A DNA stretch of 54,211 nt, filler included, from Diploschistes diacapsis (taxonomy: Eukaryota), in the NCBI GenBank assembly GCA_023645945.1. It is 4 parts of 4 records of this genome, joined end to end, with 100 filler letters (N's around TTAATTAATTAA, not from the genome) between each part and the next. Parts side by side here need not be neighbours in the genome. Positions count along the whole stretch, not along the records: positions 1 to 13,488 come from JALAIB010000656.1; positions 13,589 to 27,063 come from JALAIB010000657.1; 2 more parts are not named here. The stretch is one strand, 5' to 3'. A model generated the notes under the pieces. That model was not told the origin of the DNA and searched no databases. It saw only the letters and a program-made list of their open reading frames with translations. This document shows positions 10,025 to 22,376 of this stretch, one piece after another. Each line of letters opens with the position of its first letter. Within the stretch, counting starts at the first letter, position 1. A program made the translations under genes and the position numbers.

Positions 10025-12066
10025 ATGTCCAGGCTCTTCACGCCTGGCACGCCACAATTTCAGCATGTAGCTAACCGCCGCCTTTGGGCGCCATCGGTGC
10101 CATCTCCCAAACGTACAGCACGAACCTTCCCAACATCTCTCCGTGCGACTTCCTCCTCTTCTTCCCCGACGGCTTATTCAGCTCCTCCGTCACCCCGGTA
10201 CAAGCACGTCATCCGTCGCGTGAGGGCACGAGAAGCCCACGAAGTTGCATCAAGCAACTTAGAGCAGGGAGGCTATGTCGAGGAGGAACAGGATGGCAAG
10301 AATGAGGGCCTGGGTACTGGGAACGTTGGCCCGAGGACTGTGAAAGTTAGGGTTCAAGGGCAGGAGGGCAAGGGCCTGAGGCAACGTAGGAGAGATGTGA
10401 TTCATTCGAAGCAGCCGGAAGTTGTGGGAAGACCCAGGAAAGACGTTGAAAGTGACACTCGAGGTACCTTTGTGAACAAACCCTCACGCCGTATTATGCT
10501 TAGTGGTTCGCGCAACACTAAGACAACGACAGACGTATCCTCAGCACGGAGTCGCTTTTGTCCTAGCCTTCGTACATCGTCTGCTCTGCAGTCGGTCGAT
10601 CGAGTACAAAAAAGTCCGGCAAGTCATGCCACTGCAAGGTTCCCTGGTTCCCCAAGAATGGAACGCAATCGCCTGAATAATGCCGTTGATGCAGTTCGAC
10701 GGCGGGAAAGATGGCGAAAACGTGAAGAACAGGCAGCTCTGAAAGCAAAAATACTCAACATGAAAGCAGCCACGACGGACGATTCTCCGAAAGGCATGTT
10801 TGACATGCTCCAGAGGCTTGGGAATCAGATGCCGGAAGGCAGCGAACACGCAGGCCTTGACAGCGACGGGTCATCCGATTGGAAGGATATGCCACTATCT
10901 CCCCTTATGCATTTACGGCTTATCCAAGCTCGAGAGAAATTTCATGCCCGGAAACCTCTACCAAGTAAAGACCCTACCGCGTTTGAAGCGATATTACAAA
11001 GAAACCCTTATGGTATGTATCGGTTTCATCAGAGGGGTTTCCGCTCACGTCTTGCTAGCTCACCTTCTTACTGCCCCTATAAGGGCTTGTCGACTAACGG
11101 GCGCGCGTTTACCGCTTACTTTCCTCACAAACTTCATGCTTCTCAGGCATCCTGAAAGTGGGAAACTTTGGCAATTGCCGTCCTCATACCGTCCTTCGCG
11201 TACAGAGCTTAGTTTTATTGACAAAGCAGGCACGGACAGATCAGAGGCCGAGAGCTCCGAAATTTTACAGGCATCCGAATCCAATGGGGAGGAACCGAAC
11301 GAATTGATTATTGAGCCAAGCGAAAGAAGTGTTGACGACTCTGCGGCGCCGAAGAAGCCCTCGCCTCAGACTACAGCAGAGGTGAGTAAAGCCGGTGGAC
11401 ACGCAAGGCTAGGGTCAAAGGTAGAGGTACCTAAGGTGGGAAGGCTTTCGGGAGCTTACATGTTGGCCACCCACGCGGCAATAGACACAGTCTCTAAACT
11501 TAAACCCATGAAGTTGGCCTCGACCTATCCAATGCGATGGAAAGAGAAGTTTGGCCCAACGCTAATCAAGAATGGGCATTGGAGGGAGGACATGGGCTTC
11601 TTCATTCGGACGCTGATTCAGAACAAAGTCAAACGCTTGTTGGCCTATATCTCACATCTAGATAAAGGCTACGTCTTACCTTTCAGTACGCAGAGAATGG
11701 CGGAAACCGCCGAGGGAGAGAAGTGGTCCAGACCGTTCAAGCCCGGCATGGCAGTACTGTGGCTCGGTTCCGATAAGAAACAGAGAACGACGCCGGACCA
11801 CTTCCGCGACTTCGTCAGCGCTCTAGTTAATCGCCACAATTGTTCCGTCCAGAGCTTGACCCCATCCCACAGCTGCCTTCTCCTGCACAGCGATAAGGGG
11901 CAGTTGCTGGCCGTCTACAATCTTCGTCTTCTGCTGGGTGATGCTGGAATCGCCTGGCTGCGCGAGCGTGGCCCTGCATTCCTGGAGCCGGCGGTTCAAG
12001 TCGCGGGCAAGGCAAACACGGCCGAGACGGTTGGGTGGCTCTATCGTCTTGGGGGCTATAGGTTTG

Positions 12067-12101
<35 letters not shown>

Positions 12102-12236
12102 CAGGAGATGTCTCTGCCATCGGAACAAGGAGTAGCTCCTGAGAAGTACAAGGACCCAGGCTCAGCAGCTTTGGAGGGTGGAGAGGAGGGGACTGGAAAT
12201 GAAGCAGTATTACGGCTTTTGGGGGACGAGAATTAA
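10025..12236 (+). CDS. Conserved fungal hypothetical protein, probably mitochondrial (2 exons)
   Basis: ORFs 10025..11155 and 10800..12236 join through a GT-AG intron at 11013-11058, giving LSPLMH...LQRNPY|AHLLTAPIRACRLTGARLPLTFL...HPESGKLW, a motif string I recognise from Pezizomycotina hypothetical proteins. The Arg/Ser-rich N-terminus resembles a presequence. Confidence 0.7.
12072..12098 (+). repeat. (CAG)9 coding microsatellite (poly-Gln)
   Basis: Perfect CAG run in frame near the C-terminus of the 10025-12236 gene. Confidence 0.9.
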
Positions 12237-12485
12237 CTGTATATTGGAAGGATATAGAGGTGCTTCAGTCTGTACATAGTAGGGATTTAATCTAAAGCTT
12301 ACCGAAGAAAGACAGCGAGCAAAAAAGTAGTTGAGATCCGCGTCAGGCGCCCCTTTCGCTAGGTAGATGCGGTTTCCCGATTTAGCTAGCTTAGCAAGTT
12401 GGACCGGGAGCTACGAGCTTTCTTTCCCTACGGCACCCAATACCACGCTCTTTCTCCCTTCTCCCTCCCCCAACGTCTTCCGACG

Positions 12486-13488
12486 ATGATGAATCCCTCA
12501 CTCTCCCCTCTATGCTCGTCTTGCGCACGCGCATTCTTCCGCCAAGCTTCAGCTTCGCGGTCGCCAATACACAGCCACAGCCGCCGGCGCTTCTCTCACC
12601 TGCACCTCCCCAAGATTGTCGCTCCGCAGACGCAGCCGCAAGCGCAAGCGGTGCCCTCGCGACAGCAGCTGGACTCGGAACGGCCGAGAGGATGGACGCC
12701 GACGCCGTTTGTGACTGAGTCGATGGTATGCTAGGAGCGCCGAGACGGATTGCCGTGATTTTTCTTAAAGAGGAGATGTGCTGATGGATTGGATCAGGGC
12801 GGCGGATGGCATACCTGTACGAAATTGACTTCCCCCTCGACGTTTCATTTGATTCCGCAAGATACCTATAACACACCTCCCCATCCGGCCCGGTCTTTCC
12901 CCCGTCCAAACCTTCCATCCATCGAACGCTAACCCCTCCTTTCCTTCCCTCGCCCCACAACAGACGACATCTTCTCCCGCCTCCTCCGCGAACGCATCGT
13001 CTCGCTTTCCGGCCCCGTCGACGACGCCCTCTCCTCCTCCATCGTCGCCCAGCTCCTCTTCCTCGAGGCCGACTCGCCGCACAAGCCCATATCCCTCTAC
13101 ATCAACACCCCCGGCGGCGCCGTCACCGCGGGCCTCGCCATCTACGACACGATGACCTACATCGCCTCGCCCGTCAGCACCATCTGCGTCGGCCAGGCCG
13201 CCAGCATGGGCAGCTTGCTGCTGGCCGGCGGAGAGCCGGGCCAGCGATACTGCCTGCGGCACTCGAGCGTCATGGTGCACCAGCCCAGCGGCGGCTATTT
13301 CGGGCAGGCCAGCGACATCGCCATCCATGCCAGGGAGATATTGAGGGTGAGGGGCGAGCTGAACGAGATCTACAGGGTTTGTTTGGGCAGGGGCCTGGGG
13401 AGGGAGGTGGGCATCGAGGAGGTGGAGAGGTTGATGGAGAGGGATTATTTCATGGGGGCGGCGGAGGCGAAGGAGAGGGGGATTGTGG
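12486..13488 (+). CDS. clpP: Mitochondrial ATP-dependent Clp protease proteolytic subunit, 3' truncated by the contig end
   Basis: Exons 12486-12725, 12798-12816 and 12964->13488 give a presequence, then [28 protein letters not shown]...[20 protein letters not shown]...[11 protein letters not shown] (catalytic Ser)...MVHQPSGG (catalytic His)...MERDYFM. Confidence 0.95.
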
Positions 13489-13588
13489 NNNNNNNNNNNN
13501 NNNNNNNNNNNNNNNNNNNNNNNNNNNNNNNNTTAATTAATTAANNNNNNNNNNNNNNNNNNNNNNNNNNNNNNNNNNNNNNNNNNNN
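13489..13588. other. Artificial contig spacer N44-TTAATTAATTAA-N44
   Basis: Exactly 100 bp; the linker has stops in all six frames; identical at three places. Confidence 0.98.
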
Positions 13589-14405
13589 CGTTATTATAAT
13601 ATAACGTTATTTATATTAATAAATAATTTTTTTAAGATTCTTATTAACGTTTAAATAGATGTTTATATTATTAAAAACGTTCGCGCCGCGTAAAAGAACG
13701 TCGGTATCGAGTTTTTCGATTTTTTTAAATCGATTTTTAAGGTTTTTAATATCGTCGACGATCCTTTTAACGTTTTTAAAGCTCGTTATATCTTGTTTAC
13801 GACGTCTCGAACCTTCCGAAAAATAGATTTTTTAAAAAACTCGATTTTAGATTTCCGATAAGAGCTTGATATATCCCGAAGTTTTCTTAAAATAATTAAA
13901 ACGGTTAAAAAGGCTTATACGGAACTTACGCTTCTAGCGATAAAAAATAAAAAACTTAAAAAGGTCTCGACATATTATTAGAAGCGTAAGCGTATTATTA
14001 TAATTATAAAAGATATGTTTTTGACCTTTATAAAAACTATTAACGCGTATTAGGCGAAACAAAAAGTATTTTACGAGATAGATAAGCAGGAGAGGCAGAA
14101 GCAGGCAAGAAAGGAAAGGTTGGTAGTGTTTCAGGCTGCTGGGATGTATAAGAATAAGAAGATGGTCCCGAAAGGAAGGTTGGTTATCTTGGAGAAGCTT
14201 CCTGGTACCAGCGTCGTCGACGCTGGCGATTAGACATGATTAGATGACTCTATAGGGTCAGATATAACTACTATTCGATCTACAGGGCCTTAAATTGATT
14301 ACTTTTGGAGATATTTCATTTTAAATATTTATTATTGTAGTTTTGTTATTGTATCACGTGCACGGGTACTAGGGTCTGCACGGGTACTAGGGTCACGACT
14401 CTACG
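13589..14405 (+). mobile_element. RIP-mutated Fot1/pogo-type DNA transposon, 3' part and right end
   Basis: Very AT/TpA-rich. 13676-13720 reads NVRAA*KNVGIEFFD, matching the N-x-x-A-x-W-x-x-x-G-I-x-P-F-D/N motif that follows the DDE_1 domain, with TGG->TAA and C->T changes. An 18-bp tandem duplication (TGCACGGGTACTAGGGTC x2, 14359-14394) lies near the end, as in Fot1-family TIRs. Confidence 0.65.
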
Positions 14406-14427
14406 CGTCATCATATCTGATCAGGTC

Positions 14428-16480
14428 ACTGTTGCGAGTACTCCTTCGTGCTTGATTACTCGGTGGAGTTTTATATTTGAGCACTGCGCCCCGATCATAC
14501 TCTTTACAAACAAAGCACGATAGGAAAATGCGTGGCCTGTTTCAGCTTAGCCTATAGCTGCTGCGGGTGATGCTTTTGATGACGCGGAGGGCATTCACTA
14601 CGCCCAACAAGCATTGGTCAATCCACAATTGCACGAAGGTTTTGTCGTAGTTGGACCAAGATCGGAAGGCTACATCTCAATACCACCGAACAGGAGAAGG
14701 AAGAAGAGCTATATTTGGCAGAGAGGCGTTGGCCAGACTATCACGGGCGTCAGGAACGAAAAAGTATTTCTGGCTCTGCCGCCGTTGCTATATCGATTCA
14801 ACAAAACAATCCCTCTTACTCCTTCCTGCCAAATCAACAACGCCTGCCATAAGGCATCTAAAGAGTCGACAGAATTATGACGATCAAGTCAGACGACATG
14901 AGACGGCAAACTGCGAGCGTAAAATTGAAGGCGATGATATTCGGGAGGTGCTCAAGAGGATACAGGATAACAGACAAAGCCGCTTCGAGATTGATGGCTG
15001 GCGGCGTACATATCTACGCTGAATTGTCTTGGACAACCAGTCTCTGCGTAATGCAATTTCAAATCACATGAAGGATCTGATTACGTTCCAGCATTCGACT
15101 ATCAACGAGCTCTAACCTTCCAATCATGCGACAGCAATAATATCGTCGATTATTACAAGGAGTCAACGTCGAGTATCGCGGGAGCGTTGGTTAGGGCTCG
15201 GAGCTCGATATCAATCAATTTTGATGGCTGGCTAGCTGATAACCATCTGGATATGCTTGGTATCACAGCGCACCACTTGGACGAGGGACTCAATATCAAG
15301 AGTGTGCTCATTGGACTGAAGCTAATGTTTGGTGCTTACGACAGGGCTTCGATCGCAGAGATCCTGCTGGCGACAATGCGTGAGTTCAAGACCGTCGATC
15401 GGATCGGATACTTCACAGCAGATAGTGCTACAAACAACGACTCGGCGTTACATGAGCTCGCGAAAGAGATCGGCATCCGACCATTAGAGCAGCGCATACG
15501 TTTCAATGCACATGTCATGAACCTGGCCACAAAGGCGGTGGGTGCTCTATGCAACGGACAGCGACTGTCTGATGGACGCCACCATGTCTGCTTGTGATAC
15601 GGATGGTTTGGCCTAGATAATCATACCGATGCCATCAAATCAAGGTCTGACATCTAGCAATGACCAGGTCAGACTTGCAGCCTGGCGGAAGAAGGGCGCC
15701 TTTGATAAATGCCATAACATCGTCCTTCATGCTCGCAGCTCACAGAAACGGCGCAAATACTTCGAGTCAAAGCAGCGGGAGCTAGGCGATCGTCGGATCT
15801 ATCAGCCAGTCATGAATGGAGGCATCAAGTGGAACTCTGATCTCGACATGATCGAGCGTGTCTTATGCCTCAAAGATGCCATACAATTGTACCAAGACCA
15901 TCATACAAATGATACCAGCGAGGCACTTGATGCAAGAGACTGCCTTAACGCCAATGCTTGGCGGGAGCCGAGTGAGCTACAAGACTTGCCCCGCCATTGA
16001 AAGATGTGTCTCTTATGAGCCAGGCTGGAGGTGCGGATGGCAGCAATGGAGCGCTCTGGCACATGTTGAGCACGACCGAGTGGTTGTTGGACAAATTCGA
16101 GCAGCTCAGGCGTTAACCTCTGAGTCGGAACATGCTTGCATGCGTCAATCTGGGCTGGAAACAGCTGAAGACACACTACGAGCTCAGTGATGCACCGCCA
16201 GCGTACAGTTTTTCTTTGTTCCTGCACGTCAGCTATAAGACGGTGTGGTTCGCGAAGAACTGGGGCAACCGGCGAGAATGGGCAAGAATGGATAGACGTT
16301 GTTCAGCAGAAAATCAACTCGGCATGACTCGTTGGTGGACGCAGGACTTTATGCGCCTTAGAAGAGCATACACACACAGGAGGAACTCGGCAGATCCTGC
16401 GGAAGGGCTGCACGCCAGTCAGAAGAGCTTGAGAGGCTTGCCGCGACCGCATCAAGGGAGTACAATGATACCATAAGCGA
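14428..16480 (+). mobile_element. Degenerate hAT-family transposon (transposase pseudogene)
   Basis: Fragments in shifting frames: WLCRRCY...STTPAIRHLK (BED finger), SINFDGW...MLGITAHHLD, IGYFTADSATNND, RIRFNAHVMNLA (decayed CxxH), AWRKKGAFDKCHNIV, GIKWNSDLDMIER (TRWNS-like), VNLGWKQLKTHY. Multiple stops and frameshifts. Boundaries approximate. Confidence 0.88.
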
Positions 16481-16559
16481 CGAAGACAGCACTGGGAGGA
16501 CTTTCTGGCAGACGAGTCAAACATCTGGACAGCCTCGCTTTATTTAAAGCCAGATCGTG

Positions 16560-18100
16560 GAATTGCATCGCATCCCATAAGATACCCTCACTGGTCACGG
16601 TAGACAGACAACAGACATCACGCGACGAAGGGTTGAGCGATGAGACACTGAAGACCTTCTTTCCATCGTTGCCGGAATCGGTTGAGCCCGAATTATCATT
16701 CTCCCCCCATCGTCCTTGCGACCTCCCGCCTCTGAAGAATAATGAGGTTAAGCGTGCGATCAGGGCAATGTCACAACTCGAAGCAGTAGGTGGAGATGGG
16801 CTAGCTGCAATCGTGCGAATCAAGATCCGGCTAGTAGTACCACAATATGTTCTTCGACTCTTTTAGGACTCCATAGACCAAGATATGTTAGAATCATCGC
16901 ACTTCGCAAGCCAGGCAAAGAGGATTATAGTACGACAAAAGCTTGGCGACCAATCTCGTTGCTGTCAACTCGGGGCAAAGTACTGGAAGCCGTCATAGCT
17001 GGAAGACTTTCCTACATCATGGAGCAGTACGGTCTCATACCTTCCAGTCAGTTTGGTGCAAGAAATGGCAGTTCGGGGGAAACAAGCCTTGCACTTAGTG
17101 TAGGAACACGTATACGAAGCATGGAGACATAAAAACACTGAATGGTAAGCTTCGATCTGAAGGGAGCATACAATGAGGTGTGCAAGGAGAGACTGCTACA
17201 GTGTATGGCTGCCTGTCAGATACCACCGGCTTTACTAGAATGAATAGACGCGTTCTGCTCAGACCAAGCGACAATGGTCGTCATCAATAGCAAGACCATA
17301 CCGTAGAGAGAGCTACCTCAGGCCAGTCTATCATAAGGCTCACCACTGTCACTGATGCTGTTTCTCTTCTTCCACACAGATCCGGTGCAATGACCAGCAG
17401 ACGTAAACGGGGGTGCCGTCGCTGATGTGGACGACTACAACGTCCGGGTGATTGGCAAAGATGCATTTGAAAATACTGTCAAGCTCGAAGGTGTCGTATA
17501 GGAAGCTTTACAGTAGGCTCATCGAAGTGGTGCTACTTTCAACCAGACAAACCGGTGATGATACACTTCGCAAGATGGCGGGAGGGGGGCCCACCTCGAA
17601 CATCACGACGTAGGAGGGTATCTTATCCAGCCTTGGAACTGGATGAAGATTCTTGGTGTGATGGTGGATGAATGATTGCGATAAAAACAGTACATTGCTC
17701 GTGCAGCTAACAAGAGGCTGAAGAACCTATCGCTTTGTACCGCAAGAGAACTTTTCAGTACCACATTCGTGCCAACTGTATGGAGTCGATGGGGAGATGC
17801 TTCAGTGTATCTAAGAGGAAGATCAAATCACCGCACAATCGACGACAGAGAAGTGGATGCTGCTGTCAGCTGGACGTCAGACATGGCAGCTGTCAATGCT
17901 ATAACCCGCTTCGTCATATGCAGCAGACCGCTCGTGGCAGACTTTATAGGGGCAGGAGCGACATCTTCATAAGCCGGCGAACATATCACGACCACCAATC
18001 TGGATTGAAACCATCACTTTCTAGAGAAGAGCTAAATGCCTCCAGGTCTCGCTTTTGCACTACCAGCGACTTCAAGAGATGCAGAACACTTTTGGATATA
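16560..18100 (+). mobile_element. Degenerate Tad1-like LINE (non-LTR retrotransposon) reverse transcriptase remnant
   Basis: Hand translation: LPPLKNNEVKRAI...AVGGDGLAAIV; RKPGKEDYSTTKAWRPISLLSTRGKVLEAVIAGRLSY (about 16905-17015); QFGAR; SFDLKGAYNEV; ADVDDYN (YxDD-equivalent, about 17420-17440); MKILGVMVD. Disrupted by stops. Boundaries approximate. Confidence 0.88.
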
Positions 18101-19449
18101 CACCACAGGAACGATCTGCGATGTTAGACGTCTTGCAAATTGTCCTGGAAAGTATTAGGATAAAAATTCATATTAAGTTACAGAACAGAGTGCCAATAGT
18201 ATAGGAGCTCAGACTAAGATTTCCGGATCATCGTCACCATTGTAACTTTATCTTCGGGCGTATTGGTTGCCTTCAAGCTGCAGTAGCCTTATGGGCGTAA
18301 TAACATAGCCAGCGAGCGGCGAACAGCTAGCATTCACCATGTATGTAAGCATGCAGGAAGTCCTTCAGCAATTCTCTGCCTTCAACCCAATCGGTACAGC
18401 TACTCATTCATCTAGCAATATAGAGTCGCTCCTTACAAGCTTAATCCACTCCTGAAGATAGACACCACGGTCGTGGCATTACCACCACCAGAGTCACGGT
18501 GGTTCCTCTAAGCACGTAATCGTATATGTTCCGTAGTTTTACTGACTAGCTCAAGAGCACAAAGAATTAATTTGAAAACTAACTACTGATGTCCTGAGAC
18601 ATGTTTCATTGTACATCCCGTCGTCTAGTGCCTAACTTAAAAGGTCGAAGACCACTCTGACTAGAATCACGGCAGGTCTAGTACCTCCGTTGAGCTGCAA
18701 GGGAATAAGTTTGGTTTGACTGGTTATCCCAGATCGGAGGGGTATATATTCTCTCTCATCGCCCTCTGCTCGAGCTGCTAATCCTGCGTAAAAAGCCTTT
18801 ATTGTAAGCTTCGCGAACAAATAATACGTTCCGAGCAGAGATAGACCTGATCTGCAAGTCGTCGTCGTCACCATCGTAAATGGGTTCGCGAATAAATAAA
18901 TCGTTGTCGTACCCGTTACTTTCCTTCGAGGTGGACGTTAATGTAGATAGAACCACAAGTAGGAGCGGAAGAGAAAGATGGATGGCTTTATTTGTTTCGA
19001 AATCGAGATATGGAGGGCATTGATTATTCCTTTCGATACATCTTCCTTGATTCGGTCAGTAAGTAACAAGTAATCAGTAAGCATTTGTAGCTGGTTGTTT
19101 ACTTCCTTGTTGTTCACGAGAATCCTTACGATATCGAGTTTGGCCTCCAGCGCTCCGAATACGTCAGGTCAGATCAAGGGCTCGATCTATCTGTATGTCC
19201 ACCAACATAAAGCAATCTGATCTGATCTGACCTATTCAGACCTAACTATATTTATGCCAATACCTGACAGGCTTCTTAGAAAATTTCCACAGTCGGTGCA
19301 CATCCACACTTGGAACCACACTTTCCAAAACGAGTGTTACTCAACTTTTAGCAACGGCATCTCACGCAATGTTTAATTGTATGCATGTATAAATTAGACT
19401 GCTGTGTTTTTAGATAGATAGGCTTATATAGTACGGATTATATTATCAG

Positions 19450-20130
19450 CTTCTCAGACGCATGGGTCGCGTGGTGGTGCGTCCTCGTACATGGATAGTT
19501 ATCCAGAAGAAGCAGCCACCTTTGCTGCGCCATAATAGTCCTAGAATGCGACCCGATCTTCTTCTTTCGAGTCTTTGATTGTTCCTGTCCGAAGAAACTC
19601 CCTCAGGTGTCCTACATCAAGTCTAGCAATGATGAGCTCGTCAGGACTTTCGACCAGCAGGTGATAGAGCTGTTTGATGATGACTACCTTTGCGGATACA
19701 TGTTGAGAACGAAGCGTCTCACCACAGTAGCCCATCATGAAGCCCCTCTGCGTTCATATTGTATATATTTCCCAAAAAATCATCCCATGTTCTTCGATCT
19801 TCTCGCCTAGGATCTTCAAGTACTACTCGTATCTTACCCCAGAATCGGTCTTATGACGAGTCAGCTCGATTTTCAAGAGAGATAGACTGTCAAGGGTCTT
19901 CCTGCCTCTCTTCAGCCATCTTGCAGGCAGTTGAGGCCTCCATATCGGACATTGGTGACGCATTTCACGAGCTGAAGCTCTTGCTCGTTGTTGAGTGCTT
20001 GCTGGCTTTTGATTTTCTCCTTCATCGAGGCGGTTTTACCTTTGACGCGGTCGTTCAAGGTCCGCCGTTTGACTTGGCATCTTCTACATATTCGACTACA
20101 TCAGTAGCTTTAGACTCCCCCACTCCTCAT
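19450..20130 (-). mobile_element. Second pogo/Fot1-type transposase relic (N-terminal HTH/CENP-B part and start of DDE)
   Basis: Minus strand reads RRTLNDRVKGK...SQQALNNEQELQLVKCV and later LGEKIEEHGM..GNIYNMN..GFMMG (the NIYNMDExGF motif), with frameshifts. Confidence 0.7.
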
Positions 20131-20424
20131 ACAGCAGCATATAAGGAACTCATGTTATTGTAACATATCATATATCGTAACTAATGTTTGATAACTACAT
20201 CTGTGCTGGTTACGGCGAAATGCCGGGTTTGCCAAAAAAATTCACATCGTGCTACAATAAATACTGGTCAATAATCCATGAAGAGCAGATTGAGATAATC
20301 ACTATCCAAGTGCAAGTGATCATTGACATGACATTACTGAAGCATTGATCAAATTTTCTTCTTTTAACACTATGCTGATTCCTCGTCCAAGCAACCGGTC
20401 TAGTCTAGACAAACACCGAAGGAA

Positions 20425-21948
20425 CTACTTGAGAATCCAGTGCTGTCGAGGGCTGCCGTTCCAACCCTGCTGAACCAGTGTGGCACCATTGTTGGTGCTA
20501 GAGATACCATCCAAAACCTTACCACTAGCCTTGTTCCAGATCTTGTAAGTGCCGTCCGACTGCTGATCAATCCACCAGCGCTGATTGGACTCCCGGGTTG
20601 GTTGCCATTGTACCATGGTAAGATTTTCTCCATCGCTTCCACCAGGACAGTCTAGCGATTGCCAGGTTGCAAGGTTGATGATGTTCCAAGAAGCATCCGA
20701 ATTTTGGGTGAACAGCCAGCGCTGATTTTGACTGTTGTTCAGCCCCCACTGTATAACAATATTGCCGTTCCCGTATGCACCGGCACTATCGATCGCCATG
20801 CCAGTCATTTGGTTGGTGACCACGTGTATGCCTCCAATCTCATTTGGTAAGGCAGCAGGCGTGAACTGGAGCCATGCCATCGCGCCAACGAACTTGTTCG
20901 GCTGCAGCGTATCATCAGCTGGCGTACGCTGATCCCATGCGTTCCATGTGATGCCAAGGTCGGTCCGTTGATTCTGTAGAATGGCGTCTGCGTTTTGGAC
21001 CATCCAAGAATGATATGTGTCCCACAGTCGGTTGTCTCGCACAAAGTGCCCAACGCCACGTGCCGTCTCGTCTGCCCAAGTGTTGAGATAGCCTGCGGCA
21101 TTGCTGAAGATGCCATTGACGGTCAGAGTGCGTCGAGCATAATCAATAGCCCGCTTAGCGTCATTATAGAATGCCACTTCCCCGGTAATCTCGTAGATCA
21201 GGTTAGCAAAGTCTAAAAATGTTCCCTGGTTATACGCCGTCGCCGAGGTATCGACGTGCCCGCTCTCATCAATTCCAGAATTTATCTGGCCTGTACCTGA
21301 GTTATAGAGATGGTTCCAGACCCAGTCGTAAATATTTCGGCACTTGGTCAGATAATTTTCGTCGTGCGTGCTCTGGTAGATCATGCATGCGACCTTCCCT
21401 AGGCTATCGTTCGAGAGAGCTTCCTTGGTCGGCTGTCGGGGAGGGTCCTCCTTGTCCGCATACTCGGGGTTTTCTTCCCAGATTCCCCCGTCATTGTATT
21501 TGGTATCCCACCCGCGACCGAATGCGTAGTCGAACCCATATTTGGCCTGGTTGAGAAAGGTTGTGTTTCCTGTGATCTGATAGCCACGAATGAGTGCCAG
21601 CGTGAACCAGCCAATATCATCGTTCCATCCATCCCAATTCCACGGCGGAGGAGTGTTCTTCAACCAGGTCGTCAGTAGGTCGTTGACGAGACTTTTCTTC
21701 TCAGGATCGCCGGTACGTTCATATGCATCTTCGGCTCCAAGAATATCGAGCGACCCGGCCCATGTTCCGTCTGGCTCCTGCTTATCCAATGCTTGCTTGT
21801 AAAAGACATCACTGCCAGATCTTATCAGGAACGCTTTGTTGAAGCTATCATACATGGCTTCCGCGTCACCATCTCCGACGGCGACTACAATCTGGGTCAT
21901 GGCGACAAAAAGTCCTAGTATGATGGCCAGTCGTGCCGGAAGCTCCAT
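20425..21948 (-). CDS. Secreted glycoside hydrolase family 76 (alpha-1,6-mannanase-like) with C-terminal ricin-B/CBM13 lectin domain, 507 aa
   Basis: Signal peptide; WNDDIGW (adjacent catalytic Asp pair of GH76); GGIWE, KEALSN, AYNQGTFL. The C-terminal ~135 aa carry QxW repeats (IQWG, NQRW, VQWQ, NQRW, RQHW). No introns and no GPI-type tail. Confidence 0.92.
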   Translation of the reverse strand: MELPARLAIILGLFVAMTQIVVAVGDGDAEAMYDSFNKAFLIRSGSDVFYKQALDKQEPDGTWAGSLDILGAEDAYERTGDPEKKSLVNDLLTTWLKNTPPPWNWDGWNDDIGWFTLALIRGYQITGNTTFLNQAKYGFDYAFGRGWDTKYNDGGIWEENPEYADKEDPPRQPTKEALSNDSLGKVACMIYQSTHDENYLTKCRNIYDWVWNHLYNSGTGQINSGIDESGHVDTSATAYNQGTFLDFANLIYEITGEVAFYNDAKRAIDYARRTLTVNGIFSNAAGYLNTWADETARGVGHFVRDNRLWDTYHSWMVQNADAILQNQRTDLGITWNAWDQRTPADDTLQPNKFVGAMAWLQFTPAALPNEIGGIHVVTNQMTGMAIDSAGAYGNGNIVIQWGLNNSQNQRWLFTQNSDASWNIINLATWQSLDCPGGSDGENLTMVQWQPTRESNQRWWIDQQSDGTYKIWNKASGKVLDGISSTNNGATLVQQGWNGSPRQHWILK

Positions 21949-22376
21949 GACAAGTGATTGTTGATCGGTGATGGAGGTATGAGAGCAGATATTTGGTGCC
22001 GTTCGGAGTACTTCGGAGGAGAGAGCTTGATGGAGGGTTTGTATCCACGACTGGACGATACTTGGAGAATAGTGAGCGCACCACTAGCCTTTTGGATTGA
22101 TTTCAGCTGCTAGTATGCACTCCGAGTCACTAGGTCGATGCAAATTTCCGATCCATCTGAACAGGCTAGGTACCGTGCTTGACGTCCCAAGGTTATCGAT
22201 TCTCCTTGTCTGGGATCGCCTGTGGTCAAGATTACTTACAAATTCCAACACATCCGACCAGTGACTATAGCTCGAAACTAGGATTACGCGCGAGTCATGA
22301 ATTTATGGCTTCGGGATTTTTTCGTAACCAGTAATCAGTGCTCAGTACTCAAAATTCAATAATCAATAAACAGTAA

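Noticed and set aside
13533..13544. TTAATTAATTAA palindrome recurring about every 13.57 kb as a biological periodic signal
   Set aside because: It is embedded in exactly 44+44 Ns each time; an assembly linker.
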